DNA from: Azolla caroliniana | Taxonomy: Eukaryota > Plantae > Polypodiophyta | NCBI GenBank assembly: GCA_043228905.1 | Contig: JBHGNT010000011.1 | Coordinates: forward strand, 9,982,001-10,046,000 | Length of the DNA stretch: 64,000 nucleotides | Direction of reading: 5' to 3' | Shown: positions 51,603 to 62,523 of the stretch, piece after piece | Layout: each line of letters opens with the position of its first letter | Position numbering within the stretch: position 1 is the stretch's first letter | The notes under the pieces: model-generated | Seen by the model: the letters and a program-made list of their open reading frames with translations, nothing else | What the model was told of the DNA's origin: nothing | Databases searched by the model: none | Translations under genes and position numbers: made by a program

Positions 51603-54600
51603 TGTTGAGGGCAAAGTCGTCTGTGCGGAAGATCAAGTAGCATTTGATTGTGTTCTGAATACCTGCGTATGACAGTTTGTAGGTCGTTGCACAGAGAGAG
51701 AGAGAGAGAGACACAAAAGATTTCTTATTCCATAAAGCAACAATACAACACCCAACCTTACAAAAAGGTTACAAGGTCACTATATATAGTGACCGACTTA
51801 GGGCAACTACCCTTTATGCTAATTACATAAATGGCCAAAACGGGATAGTGTGAATACGTCCATTATACACATGTATTTGACACTCCCCCGTAATGGGCGT
51901 ATACATGGGTTATCTAAGATTACAGGTATAGACTTAGGTTCTCGGACATATCAGCTTTGTTCGAGTCGGCAGGGTCCGAAGGCAGAAGACCGAACTGGTC
52001 GGGTCGGAACAGTTGAAGCCGATCATTAAGGAACTGATGTCGGTTGTCGGGAACCATCCTGCTCTGTGTCCGGCTCTAACCGGACTGGTTTGTCGTTACG
52101 CCCATCTGATGCCGAAGAGACCGAAAGCGGTCTGCCGAAAGACACTTGGTCATTCCATCTGCGACATTGTCGGTTGTGGATATTTTCTCTAGACCGATTT
52201 TCCCTGAAATGACGCAGTCCCGAACGAAGTGATATCGAACGTCGATATGTTTGGAGGCGTTGTGGTGAACCGGATTTTTCGACAAGGCAACAGCACCTTG
52301 ACTGTCGCTGTAGACAACTGGAGCCGAGTCATGGTCGACTTGTCGAAACGTGTGCGCCAGCCGACCGAGCCACAAAGCTTCTTTCGCTGCGTCGGACGCA
52401 GCTACATATTCTGCTTCGGTCGTTGAGGTCGCTGTGCACTCCTGAAGTTTCGACTTCCACGAGATTGCTCCATTGCCGAATTTGAAGCAGTATCCGGTTG
52501 TTGATTTCCGACTGTCTATACAGCCGGCGAAATCCGAGTCGATGTAACCGACTACGCCTGAGGTTCGGTTCGGACCGAAAAGAATGCCGTGGTCTTTTGT
52601 GCCAGCCAGATATCTGAACACATGCTTGACTGCGTTCCAATGCGATCGGCCAGGATTGTGCATAAATCTGCTAACGACTCCTACGGCGTGAGAAATATCA
52701 GGCCGTGTCGCGACCATCAGGTACATAAGGGAGCCGACTGCCGGTGCATACGGTACCGACTTCATATCTTCCCCCTCCGGACCGGATGTCGGGCAGTCTC
52801 GCTGAGAGAGCCGAAGATTCATGGGGAGCGGGGTTGAAGCAGATTTGGCTGATTGCATGTTGAAGCGTTCCAAGACACGTCGGATATAGTCGGTCTGAGA
52901 CAAAAAAAGATGTCGTTTATCGCGATGCCGACTAATCTTCATGCCAAGGATGTGTCGTGCCGGACCGAGGTCCTTCATGGCAAACTTCAACCGCAGTTGC
53001 CGAATGAGATCGGCAAGTTCGCCCGCGTGGCGTCCAGAAATTAGCATGTCGTCCACGTAAATGATGAGGAAGATGGGTGATCCATCTTGAGCTGTGTTGG
53101 TAAAAAGACAATGGTCCTCATCGCTTTTTGAGAAGCCGATCGATTGGATGAAGTCGTCGAACTTCTTGTACCATTGTCGCGGTGCCTGTTTGAGGCCGTA
53201 TAGACTCTTCCTGAGTCGGCAGACTAGATGTTCTTGGCCAGTTGCCACGAAGCCTTTTGGCTGCTCCATATAAATTTCCTCTTCAAGATCACCATGGAGG
53301 AATGCTGTTTTGACATCTAGCTGAATCAGCTCCAAGTTGTCGGCTGCCACTACGCCGAGTAGAAAACGGAGGGTTGTCATTTTCACCACTGGTGAAAAAA
53401 TCTCGTCGAAGTCGACGCCATATTCTTGTCGGAAGCCCTTCGCAACTAATCTGGCCTTGTACTTTGGGGTGGTCGAATCAGACGTCTCTTTTAGTCGATA
53501 AACCCACTTGCAAGGAAGAGCACGTCGATTCTTAGGTAATTCGACCAGATCCCAAGTCTTGTTTGCCCGAATGGAGTGCATTTCCGACTCCATCGCCAGA
53601 TGCCAGGTGGCTGAATCGACAGATGTCGATGCTTCTTCGTAAGACGTCGGTTCGCCGGCGTCGGTGAAGAAAATTCCAGGAGAATACCTCTCCGGGGGTT
53701 GCGACAGTCTCTCGGATCGTCGAGGTAAGATTGGACTGGTCGCATCGGGTATCGTGGTCGGATGGTCCGAAAGCGGATTGTTCTGCTGTGCCGAGTCGGG
53801 GTTGTCCGAGTCGGTAGTGTAAGGTTCAGCTACCCGTGAAGCTGACCGTGTGTTGAGAGCGGGGCCTTCTTGAAGGGTCGGCACATCGGAAAATGTTACC
53901 CTTCGGACTTCGATCGGTTTTTCGACTGATGGATTCATAGCCGACTCGTTGAACACAACGTCCGAACTTCGAACGATTTGTCTGCGTTCGGGGTCCCAGA
54001 GTCGGTATCCCATTTCGCCGTCGGATCCATATCCAAGGAAAATGCATTTCCTGGACCGAGGTGCAAGTTTTCGGCGATCATCTTTCGGAATAAGGGCGTA
54101 CGCCTCGCATCCGAAGATCCTCAGCTTGTCGTAATTCGGCTTACTGCCGATCCATAGTTCCTGAGGAATTTGAAGTCCTAGAGGTCTACTTGGCGACATA
54201 TTGATTATGTGTACTGCCGTGAGTAGAGCCTCTGCCCAGAAGCCATCCGACAGTCCAGAGTGTTGGAGCATGGAAACTGTCCGTTCTTGGATTGTCTGAT
54301 TCATGCGTTCGGCAATCCCGTTTTGCTCCGGACTGTGTGGTGCCGTAAATTCACGTCGGATGCCGCGTTGTCGGCAGAATTTGACGAATTCTTCGGATTT
54401 AAACTCTCCCCCATTGTCTGTCCGAAAGCATTTCAGCTTTCGGTCGGTTTGATTTTCTACCATAGCGAGCCAATCGGTGAAGATCGAGAAGACCCGATCT
54501 TTGGTGCGAATTGGATAAGCCCACACCTTTCGAGTCGAATCGTCAATAAAAGTGACGAAGTAAGAGGCACCGCCGAGAGACTGATGCGGCATTGGGCCAC

Positions 54601-57043
54601 AGACGTCCGAGTGGACCAAATCGAGAGGTCTCGTTTCTCTTGGTGCTGATGTCGGGTGTGATGCGGCTGCTTGTTTGCCATACTGGCAATGCTCGCAGAA
54701 TTGATGGTCCGAGAAGGAGAGTTTGGGGATGTATCCGGCTCTAGATAGGTGCGTGATGCCGGCCTTGCTGAGGTGTCCTAATCTTCGGTGCCATAGTGAT
54801 GACACAGGAATATCCACCAAAAACAGGTTACCCTCTCTGAGCGTAACATGTAACGGATACAGGGAGTGTATCTTGGGTCCTCTAGCAAGCAGGAGGTTCC
54901 CCCTGTGGAGTGTCCACCCTCCCGAAGAAAAACCGGCACGAATGCCGTCTTCATCTAGTTGTCCGACTGAGATCAATGGCCTTGAGAGCTCGGGTACATG
55001 TCGGACATTGTGGAGTACAAGTGTAGAGCCACCTGCAAGGTTGAGCTCTACTGTGCCGATTCCGATGATGTCACAGTGTTGTGAGTTGCCGACTCGAACT
55101 GAGTCGGAGTGACGGATCGTATATTGCCGAAATTGGGATCGATGAGGAGTCACGTGAAATGACGCGCCCGAATCTAAGAGCCATGTGCTCGATTCTTCAG
55201 TCGTGAGTAGAACTTCTGATCCGACTGGATTTTCGATTGATAGTATATTCGGGTCGTCCGGTAGTACATCAGCTGAGAAGCTGACGTAATTGATCTCCTC
55301 ATGCCGGCCACTCTTCTTGTTGTTCTTGTTCTTGAGTGCGCGGCAGTCGGCTTTGATGTGTCCGGATTTCTTGCAATAGTTGCAGATTCGGTTATCCCGT
55401 GACTGGCTCCGTCTTCGCTGATTGTTCGGCGGCCGTGAGGAATCTCTTCCTCGTATGTTCGATCGGTCTGTCGAACCTTGTACTACGTAAGCGTCGTCTG
55501 TTGAGTCTTTGGCGAAAGACTTTCTCCGAGCTGCTTCGGTCAGGATTGCGCTCGTGACTTCGGAGTATTTAACAGCCGTGGTTGACGCGTTGCACACGGT
55601 TGTGACGAAAGTTTCCCATGATGAGGGAAGGCTGCTCATGAGTATCATTGCTCTGAGTTCATCCTCGATTGCCGTCCCCTGTGACGAGATTTGGGAGCTT
55701 ATGCTTTCGTACTCATTGAGGTGTGCTTGAACCGAATCGGATTCTTTCATCCGCAAGTTGTAGAGGCGCCGGATCAGAAACATCTTCGTTGCGGCGACCT
55801 TCTTTTCGTAAGTGTCCGACAGTGTTTTCCACAGTTCGAATGCTGTCGTACACGAATGCACCGTAAAATATACCGATTCCGATAGGTGCATCCGAATCGT
55901 GGCGCGGACGATTCTGTCCAGCTTCTGCCACTCAATTGGTTTGTATCCTTCTGGAGGTTCTTCATTTTCGATGGGATCGATTTGCCCCTTGACTATGAGA
56001 TAGTCCTGCATTTGTTCCTTCCAGAAGTTGAAGTTCGATCCATCGAACTTGCGTAGACTCATTTCTGACGAGCCGGATGTTGATGCCATCAAATTTGGTT
56101 TCGGTTGACAAAGCTCGGTTCGGAGTTGACTATGAACCTTGTTGGAGTGCAGCCGATTGGCTCACCCGATATCGTTCTAGTCGGATTTGAACCCGAGTCG
56201 GTTCGGCTTCGGAACTTGCTCGAATTGACTCCGGTAGCTTGAGGGACAGAACCGACTGGTCTTCCCGAATGTTGCCGAGTCGGAGTGAGCCCGGTTCGCT
56301 TCGGATATATATGCCGAATACCGATTATTGAAACCGATTATCTGGACCGATTCGGCTTCGGGTGACTGCAGCGACGAGAGAGATGGATCCAACTGATCCT
56401 CTCGAATGTCGATCAGCCGGATGAAGCACGAATTGGGGTTGTTGTCTTGAGACTGATCTGCACCGAGTGGTTACAATGAGCGGCGAGCAGCGTTTGATGA
56501 CCTCTTCGGATGCCGTTTAACCGAATGGAGCACGATCGTGTCAAAGTTGCACAAGGGGATTTCACCTCGAGCGGTTACGATCACAAGGAACGGAGTACAA
56601 CCTGCTGGCTTACTCCAAGCAAAGATGATCTAACGCGATGAGATGCAGGCCTCGTTTTTCTTCTTCTTCTCTCTTCTTCGAATGACGCAGGAAACCGAAT
56701 GCTGAGACGACGGCCGACAGCGGATTGAAGGACCGACTACTGTGCAGGCTCTGATACCAGATGTTGAGGGCAAAGTCGTCTGTGCGGAAGATCAAGTAGC
56801 ATTTGATTGTGTTCTGAATACCTGCGTATGACAGTTTGTAGGTCGTTGCACAGAGAGAGAGAGAGAGAGACACACAAAAGATTTCTTATTCCATAAAGCA
56901 ACAATACAACACCCAACCTTACAAAAAGGTTACAAGGTCACTATATATAGTGACCGACTTAGGGCAACTACCCTTTATGCTAATTACATAAATGGCCAAA
57001 ACGGGATAGTGTGAATACGTCCATTATACACATGTATTCGACA
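51603..57043 (-). mobile_element. Ty1/Copia element G (antisense), structurally intact
   Basis: LTRs 51603-51882 and 56762-57043 (1 substitution plus 2-bp microsatellite indel); perfect TSD gcgac (51598-51602/57044-57048); iMet PBS 56748-56759; PPT complement 51883-51889. Confidence 0.96.
52076..56089 (-). CDS. Gag-Pol polyprotein of Copia G (1337 aa)
   Basis: Uninterrupted ORF: CNYCKKSGHIKADC, LDSGAS, HSDVCG/DNGGE/NGIAER, YVDDM, DSDFAG..TEAEY. Confidence 0.95.
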   Translation of the reverse strand: MASTSGSSEMSLRKFDGSNFNFWKEQMQDYLIVKGQIDPIENEEPPEGYKPIEWQKLDRIVRATIRMHLSESVYFTVHSCTTAFELWKTLSDTYEKKVAATKMFLIRRLYNLRMKESDSVQAHLNEYESISSQISSQGTAIEDELRAMILMSSLPSSWETFVTTVCNASTTAVKYSEVTSAILTEAARRKSFAKDSTDDAYVVQGSTDRSNIRGRDSSRPPNNQRRRSQSRDNRICNYCKKSGHIKADCRALKNKNNKKSGRHEEINYVSFSADVLPDDPNILSIENPVGSEVLLTTEESSTWLLDSGASFHVTPHRSQFRQYTIRHSDSVRVGNSQHCDIIGIGTVELNLAGGSTLVLHNVRHVPELSRPLISVGQLDEDGIRAGFSSGGWTLHRGNLLLARGPKIHSLYPLHVTLREGNLFLVDIPVSSLWHRRLGHLSKAGITHLSRAGYIPKLSFSDHQFCEHCQYGKQAAASHPTSAPRETRPLDLVHSDVCGPMPHQSLGGASYFVTFIDDSTRKVWAYPIRTKDRVFSIFTDWLAMVENQTDRKLKCFRTDNGGEFKSEEFVKFCRQRGIRREFTAPHSPEQNGIAERMNQTIQERTVSMLQHSGLSDGFWAEALLTAVHIINMSPSRPLGLQIPQELWIGSKPNYDKLRIFGCEAYALIPKDDRRKLAPRSRKCIFLGYGSDGEMGYRLWDPERRQIVRSSDVVFNESAMNPSVEKPIEVRRVTFSDVPTLQEGPALNTRSASRVAEPYTTDSDNPDSAQQNNPLSDHPTTIPDATSPILPRRSERLSQPPERYSPGIFFTDAGEPTSYEEASTSVDSATWHLAMESEMHSIRANKTWDLVELPKNRRALPCKWVYRLKETSDSTTPKYKARLVAKGFRQEYGVDFDEIFSPVVKMTTLRFLLGVVAADNLELIQLDVKTAFLHGDLEEEIYMEQPKGFVATGQEHLVCRLRKSLYGLKQAPRQWYKKFDDFIQSIGFSKSDEDHCLFTNTAQDGSPIFLIIYVDDMLISGRHAGELADLIRQLRLKFAMKDLGPARHILGMKISRHRDKRHLFLSQTDYIRRVLERFNMQSAKSASTPLPMNLRLSQRDCPTSGPEGEDMKSVPYAPAVGSLMYLMVATRPDISHAVGVVSRFMHNPGRSHWNAVKHVFRYLAGTKDHGILFGPNRTSGVVGYIDSDFAGCIDSRKSTTGYCFKFGNGAISWKSKLQECTATSTTEAEYVAASDAAKEALWLGRLAHTFRQVDHDSAPVVYSDSQGAVALSKNPVHHNASKHIDVRYHFVRDCVISGKIGLEKISTTDNVADGMTKCLSADRFRSLRHQMGVTTNQSG

Positions 57044-57048
57044 GCGAC

Positions 57049-58221
57049 GGCAAGGAAGGTATGGCAGAGCGGCTTATGGTGGCCCACGACGTTAAAAGAC
57101 GCCGTCAAGTATGCTAAGGAATGTGACCTATGCCAGCGAATGGGCCAGCCTACGGAGCAAGCACGGATGCCACACCAACCGGTACTTCCACTAGAGCCAT
57201 TCCAGAAGTGGGGGTTGGATTTTGTCGGACCGTTCAAGCCACCGGCAATGAGAACGGGTAATCGTTATGTCATCGTGGCAACGGATTATTGCACTAAATG
57301 GGTGGAAGCTAAGGCCCTGAGAGACAACACCGCGTCATCCACAGCAAAATTCCTGTACGAAAACATTTGGTGCCGATATGGATGTCCGATTGAATTAATC
57401 AGCGACCAAGGAGGGCACTTCCTCGGCCAGGTAGTGGAAAGCTTAACAACATTCTATGCTGTGGTCCATAAACGAAGCACACCGTACTACCCACAGGCGA
57501 ACGGGTTAGCAGAGTCCACCAACAAAACGCTGCAGAACATTCTCCGCAAAATCGTCAACGAAAACCGGACGGACTGGGATACAAAGCTCCATAGCGCGCT
57601 ATGGGCGTACCGAACGGCATACAAAAAAGTATCCGAACAACGCCGTTCCGGCTAGCGTTCGGCTTAGAGGCGGTCATGCCGGTGGAATTTCAGGTACCAA
57701 GCTTACGGATCCAACTACGGGAACGGCTGAATGAAAAGGAGTCGGAGGAAATGCGGCTAGCAGCACTATGCGAACTGGAGGAGCAACGGCTGGCCAGCAT
57801 CCTACACATGGAACTGGAGCGACGACGACGGAAAGCGTTCGTTGACCGTCACCGGAAAGGTAATGAGAAGATGTTCGAAATCGGAAAGCCGGTGCTAGTA
57901 TTCCAAACAAGGATGGGCAAGATGCCGGGTAAACTCCGGTTCAGATGGACAGGCCCGTATTGGCTGACACGGGAATACAACGGGTCCTATCAGTTAGGGA
58001 CACTTGTCGGTGAAGTGCTAGGCAAGTGGGTCAACGGATTTAGACTAAAGCCCTATAAAGGACCGATGCCAAATAACCCGTTTATGCAGCCCACCGGCAC
58101 TATACCGGGAACGGTACGGATGGAAGAAAAAGACGACGGGGAACCCGTAGCAGAGGCGAAGGAAGACACGGCAACCCGTAAGGAAAACGGTAAGGGTCCG
58201 AAGGGACCTACGGATGTGTAA
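57049..58221 (+). pseudogene. Gypsy E integrase (core and GPY/F region), frameshift near 57625
   Basis: CDLCQ, WGLDFVGP, SDQGGHF, PQANGLAE, WTGPY. Confidence 0.92.
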
Positions 58222-58234
58222 GATCACACACCGT

Positions 58235-58240
<6 letters not shown>

Positions 58241-58275
<35 letters not shown>
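58241..58275 (+). repeat. A35 homopolymer between pol and ORF3
   Basis: Visible run. Confidence 0.95.
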
Positions 58276-58276
<1 letters not shown>

Positions 58277-58594
58277 AAAACATTAAAAATCGAGGTATGA
58301 ACGGACGTGAAAGCAAGGAGCGAAAAGGTACGTAGTGGGCATTTAAGAGCCGCCACATTGCTTAATACTAAATTGGTACACGACGTGCGCATGCTCGAAA
58401 AAGGCGCCAAGACGCACAAAGAAAAAGAAGAACGCATGGAGACCTTTTTCTTTCGCGAGCTAAGAAGCACAGAAGCACCAAGGCAGTGGAAGCTTAGCAA
58501 ACGCGAACCTGCACTCAGAGAACCCCCACGTTCGGAACGCTCTCACTCTCATCACCACTCTACCTCGCCATCTTTCCTCGACCTCGAAGCAGAC

Positions 58595-61120
58595 ATGGAA
58601 CCACAAACGTTGTCGGAAGCGGCCAGGAAATGGTTCAGGCAACACGGACTGGATGGGTTCTTGACCATCATGGAGGCACCACCGCACAGAGAAGCCGACC
58701 GGGTCATCAAGGAGCTCGACACAGAAGTCATCACCGAAGAAGCGATCCGTGCGCTAACAGGCCTTCCGGAGGGAGGTATTTTTCAGATTGATAACCCAAC
58801 CTCGGAGCAACTCATCCGATATTTCGGTGAGTACTCTGTAGCCGGCAAAGGCTATCGAACGCAGGGCGGCGAAGATCCGCTATTCAGGGAGATAGCTCGA
58901 GTGCTCCATGAGTACGGCCACGTGTACCCCCGACCCCCTGTCATGCCAAAAAATCGGGCAGGGATGATCATAGCCACCTATGAAGGGATCAAGGTGGACT
59001 GGCCGGTGTTGATTGCAGACGGTTTGTGCGCGGCAATCGACATGGTGCGAGGAAAGGACGGCAAGGAGGGCCGGAAACTGTGGCATGCCGTAGCTCAGTG
59101 GATAACATTGCTCGTGCCGCCGGTTGAGACCGTTCAGCCAAAGAAGCGGCCAAGATTATCGGAAGGAAGCACCTCGAAACCCGCGTCCAAACGACAACAA
59201 CTGCTGGCGTCGAAGGCGACGAAAGGGAAGAAACGGCTCCCAGAACCGGAGGAGGTGTCACCGGTGGGACCCGTTAAGATAACCATACGGCGACCGGGAC
59301 AGAAGGAACCGGAACCCTTGACGGCACAGAAACATGCCGTTACCCAGGAAGAGGAAACGGAGGAGCCAGAAGAGCAGCTCCAACGACGGTCAAGAAGTAG
59401 GACTGCCGGGACAGCGGGGGAGCGTTCGGACCCGCAAAAGGAAGAGACGCCCCCAACTCAACCTGAGCAAACCGCAAGGGAGGAACCGGAACCGGTGCGT
59501 ATACAAGAAGTCAGTCCAACGGCTCCGGAGACGGCGAGAACCGGAACTCAACAGCCGGCGAGCCCAACCAGCACACACGGCGGCCAAGGAGTAGAACCAG
59601 AACGGCAGATACAGGCACTCAGGCCAGACAATTCCACAGTGAACGAGCCGACCCGACCAGTACAGCAGCAAGGCACCAGTAGCATGTGGCTACGGTGGGT
59701 AGGTGAGCAGATCGCCGGAGCGGTCGAGTACATAGAGGCGGAGGAGAGAGCGCACAACGAACGGTTGCTCGTCACAACCGTAGATCTAGAGACGGCCCGG
59801 TCCAGAATCCGGAGCCTTGAACAAGACTTGGACAGGGTCACAAGGGAAATGGCTCAATTGGCTTTGACAACACAAGTCCAAGCACCGGTGACTCCGGGCA
59901 ATGTACAGAATAAAGCGTCAGATCAACCTGTACATAGCAATCAGACCCCGGCAACGGAAACCGTTCCGGAGAGAAATGCGGCACAAGCCCAAGAGCTTGC
60001 GGACTTAAAGGATGAGCTAGCTGCCCAAGAAGCGCTGAGGAGCCGCGAAAGAGAGTTGAAGACGGCAGCGGAGGCAGAACTCAAAAAGACTGCTGAGAAT
60101 CTACGCCGGGCCGAGGAGAGCTTACGAAAAGGCCACCAAGCGTACGACCGGCTCAAGGAGGAAAAGGAGAAAATGCTGCAAGAGAAGGACAGGCTCCGGA
60201 GAAACGCCGAAACAGAAGTAGAGCGCCTGAAAGAGGAACTCCGGCAGCTAAAGGACCGGGAGGACCGGAACCATCGCCAGATCAACGGCAAGCTCAAACA
60301 AAAAACGGAGGAATTTGAGAACTTGCACCGGGAGTATAAACGGTTGCAAACGGAGCACAAGGAACGGACGGATGAGCTCCGGCAAGCAGTTGATCGAACC
60401 GCAACGGCATACGCTAAGGAACAAGCGGAAACCAGAAGACGGTTGGAAGAGGCGGAGAAGGTTCGGACAAAGCTCCTCAGGCAACAGCAGGCGGAAAAAG
60501 AAAGAGCGGCGGAGGTACTGCAGAGGCTGCAGACAACATATCAAGGGCAGCTGACGCGCTACAGAGAGCAGGCGGAGGATACGGCGAATCTCATCAAGCA
60601 GTTGAAGGAGGAACGACAAGTTGTGGAAAGTAGAGCGCAAATGGGAGCAAGTCGCATCCAGGATATCATGCGGGCCTGGTTGAACCAGACCAAGAGCTTG
60701 ATTGACAACGGTTCCGTCAAATGGTGGACCAAGTGGGCCACGAACGCGGCGGAACTCCAATTGCTCCGGGCCGACGTAGAGAACCGGCGGAAGGAGGGTG
60801 ATGATTGCTATATGCTGACTTCCGAAGACTTCACCGGCATAAGAGATGAGCTGGCCGAAGACTTTCAAGCCTTGGCAGAGGACCAACTAGGGCAAGTTCG
60901 GCAACTTGTAGCTCAGCTGGACGACGACAGGCTGGAGGCGCAGATCCAGTTTGAAAGCTACGAGAGGTCCCGAATCCGGGAACAGAAAGCACGAGAACCG
61001 GTTACGGTCAACCTCAGTGATGAGGAACCGTTACTGGAAGGAGACCGGACCGGAAGCAATCAAACGGAGATGCCGGAGTCAGAGAAACAAACGGAGCAGC
61101 CGCCTATAGAGCAGCCGTAG
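58595..61120 (+). CDS. Gypsy E extra ORF3, unknown function (N-terminal domain, low-complexity linker, long coiled coil); probably extended to 61294 originally
   Basis: 841-aa ORF from ATG 58595, homologous to X's ORF3. The TAG at 61118 corresponds to GAG in the adjacent repeat copy, and the frame stays open to TGA 61292-61294. Confidence 0.8.
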   Translation: MEPQTLSEAARKWFRQHGLDGFLTIMEAPPHREADRVIKELDTEVITEEAIRALTGLPEGGIFQIDNPTSEQLIRYFGEYSVAGKGYRTQGGEDPLFREIARVLHEYGHVYPRPPVMPKNRAGMIIATYEGIKVDWPVLIADGLCAAIDMVRGKDGKEGRKLWHAVAQWITLLVPPVETVQPKKRPRLSEGSTSKPASKRQQLLASKATKGKKRLPEPEEVSPVGPVKITIRRPGQKEPEPLTAQKHAVTQEEETEEPEEQLQRRSRSRTAGTAGERSDPQKEETPPTQPEQTAREEPEPVRIQEVSPTAPETARTGTQQPASPTSTHGGQGVEPERQIQALRPDNSTVNEPTRPVQQQGTSSMWLRWVGEQIAGAVEYIEAEERAHNERLLVTTVDLETARSRIRSLEQDLDRVTREMAQLALTTQVQAPVTPGNVQNKASDQPVHSNQTPATETVPERNAAQAQELADLKDELAAQEALRSRERELKTAAEAELKKTAENLRRAEESLRKGHQAYDRLKEEKEKMLQEKDRLRRNAETEVERLKEELRQLKDREDRNHRQINGKLKQKTEEFENLHREYKRLQTEHKERTDELRQAVDRTATAYAKEQAETRRRLEEAEKVRTKLLRQQQAEKERAAEVLQRLQTTYQGQLTRYREQAEDTANLIKQLKEERQVVESRAQMGASRIQDIMRAWLNQTKSLIDNGSVKWWTKWATNAAELQLLRADVENRRKEGDDCYMLTSEDFTGIRDELAEDFQALAEDQLGQVRQLVAQLDDDRLEAQIQFESYERSRIREQKAREPVTVNLSDEEPLLEGDRTGSNQTEMPESEKQTEQPPIEQP

Positions 61121-61327
61121 CAGTCTCAGTCCCAACCGCAACCACAGCAGCAACAACAAGCGGAGCAGCCGGAGCAGCCTCAGTCCCAACCGCAACCACA
61201 GCAGCAGCAGCAAGCACAGCCGCAACAACCACAACCGGAAGAACAAGTGGAAACTCTGGAACAAAGTATTTTGGACAATTTGGGTGAACAATGAAGGGGC
61301 CGAGAAGGGTTCGACGTACAAGGTACT

Positions 61328-61344
61328 GTCCCACGGGCGTGCCA
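61328..61344 (-). other. Inverted PBS-like site (tRNA 3'-end copy) at the PPT position of Gypsy E
   Basis: Plus strand gtcccacgggcgtgcca, then tg, then LTR; minus strand reads TGGCACGCCCGTGGGAC; homolog at 23298-23314. Confidence 0.75.
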
Positions 61345-62505
61345 TGTGTTACCGGCCGGCAAGGAGTCCAAAATACGGAGTGAAGGAATGAATTAAGTAT
61401 GGTTGTAAATAAGCATAGTGTGGACGGATGGACTGGAAACGGTATGCCGTTCCAGATCCGGACGGATCCCGAATAGGTGCGATAGGCACCTTTTTGTACT
61501 ACGGGCCGGAAACCTATTTAAAGGCCCGGACCCCATTGTAATGGCAGAGGATAATTAATAGAGCATATTGTGTTTATACTTCTGTGTTGATTTCCGTTCT
61601 GTAATTACTGTTATATCTTACGCGTGTAATTAACAAAAGCGCTCTAATCGTGTAACCTACGTAAGTCGGTGTAATCGTTGAATCTTGATCCTATGCCGTA
61701 ATCACCCTTTGGTGAAGTGTCTCCGTGACACCTTGTGTTAGGCCTTGTCCGGTCAGAGAATAACACGTAGTGTATTTCGTACACTACGTGAAAACCGTAT
61801 ATAGTACTAGATTAAATAAATATGAAGAAATAGAAGAAAATATAAAAATATATATTACATGCATAGGGCAAGATTCAAACCTTGTACCTCCATGTAAACA
61901 ATCCCCAAACCTTACCATTGTACTAACGTATCATAAGTGATCTAAATATAGATTTGATAGGTATAAGACATATATTTACGCCTATTTTTATAAAAAAAAC
62001 CAACCCATGCACATTTAGAGTGCATAAAAACTTTATTTAGAAGAAAAACGCAAAGGAAAAGTTACTCATGCACGTCTAGAGTGCATGAGCACTATATTTA
62101 GAAATTAAAAGCATGGTAGAAAAAGCTATTCAGGGACATCTAGTTTGCATGAACACTTTAGAAAAGCATTATGCTATGTTTAGCCTCTTCCATCACTATG
62201 TAAGGAAGAGAGAAAGATGTATATGGTGGTTGAATTTTTTTTAAGGGTTGATTAATATATTATATTCGTGGGATTCACGAATTTGCCATCTATTTCTCTC
62301 TTGCAATCTAAATTTATATTCTTTCCTAAAACATCAATTAATACACTATACTCGTGGGATTCACAAGTTTCCTATCTCTCTTTCTTATAATCTATTCATA
62401 TTCATAATTAAAATCGTCTCAAATTCTTCCTCCTCCTAGTCCAAAACCCCAACGGTTCTCACCCGACTCACGAAAACGATCCGGCGCCGAAAGACACGAC
62501 ACATT

Positions 62506-62523
62506 TGGTGAACCCGACGTGAA
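62506..62523 (+). other. Primer-binding site of F, tRNA-Trp type
   Basis: tggtgaacccgacgtgaa, complementary to the recalled plant tRNA-Trp 3' end (..UUCACGUCGGGUUCACCA), 4 nt after the LTR end. Confidence 0.8.

Larger units (their letters stand above)
46440..61765 (+). mobile_element. Ty3/Gypsy element E (no chromodomain seen) with extra 3' ORF
   Basis: 419-bp LTRs 46440-46858 and 61347-61765 (5 substitutions seen); perfect TSD cgtag (46435-46439/61766-61770); PBS tggcgaccac 46865-46874; PR-RT-RH-INT order. Confidence 0.96.

Noticed and set aside
58241-58275. A35 as the tail of an inserted retrocopy or SINE
   Set aside because: No flanking TSD or recognisable body; the length may also be a homopolymer sequencing artefact.
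58595-61120. ORF3 as an envelope protein or a captured host myosin/SMC gene
   Set aside because: No hydrophobic segments, introns or ATPase motifs; any similarity would be generic coiled coil.
61293-61309. Purine-rich run as E's PPT
   Set aside because: It lies 37 nt from the LTR, is interrupted by pyrimidines, and the same position in X is T-rich. Not fully excluded without cDNA end mapping.
61307-61344. Functional tRNA gene
   Set aside because: Only the T-loop and 3' acceptor strand are present, with a 13-nt insert and an encoded CCA; no D or anticodon arms.
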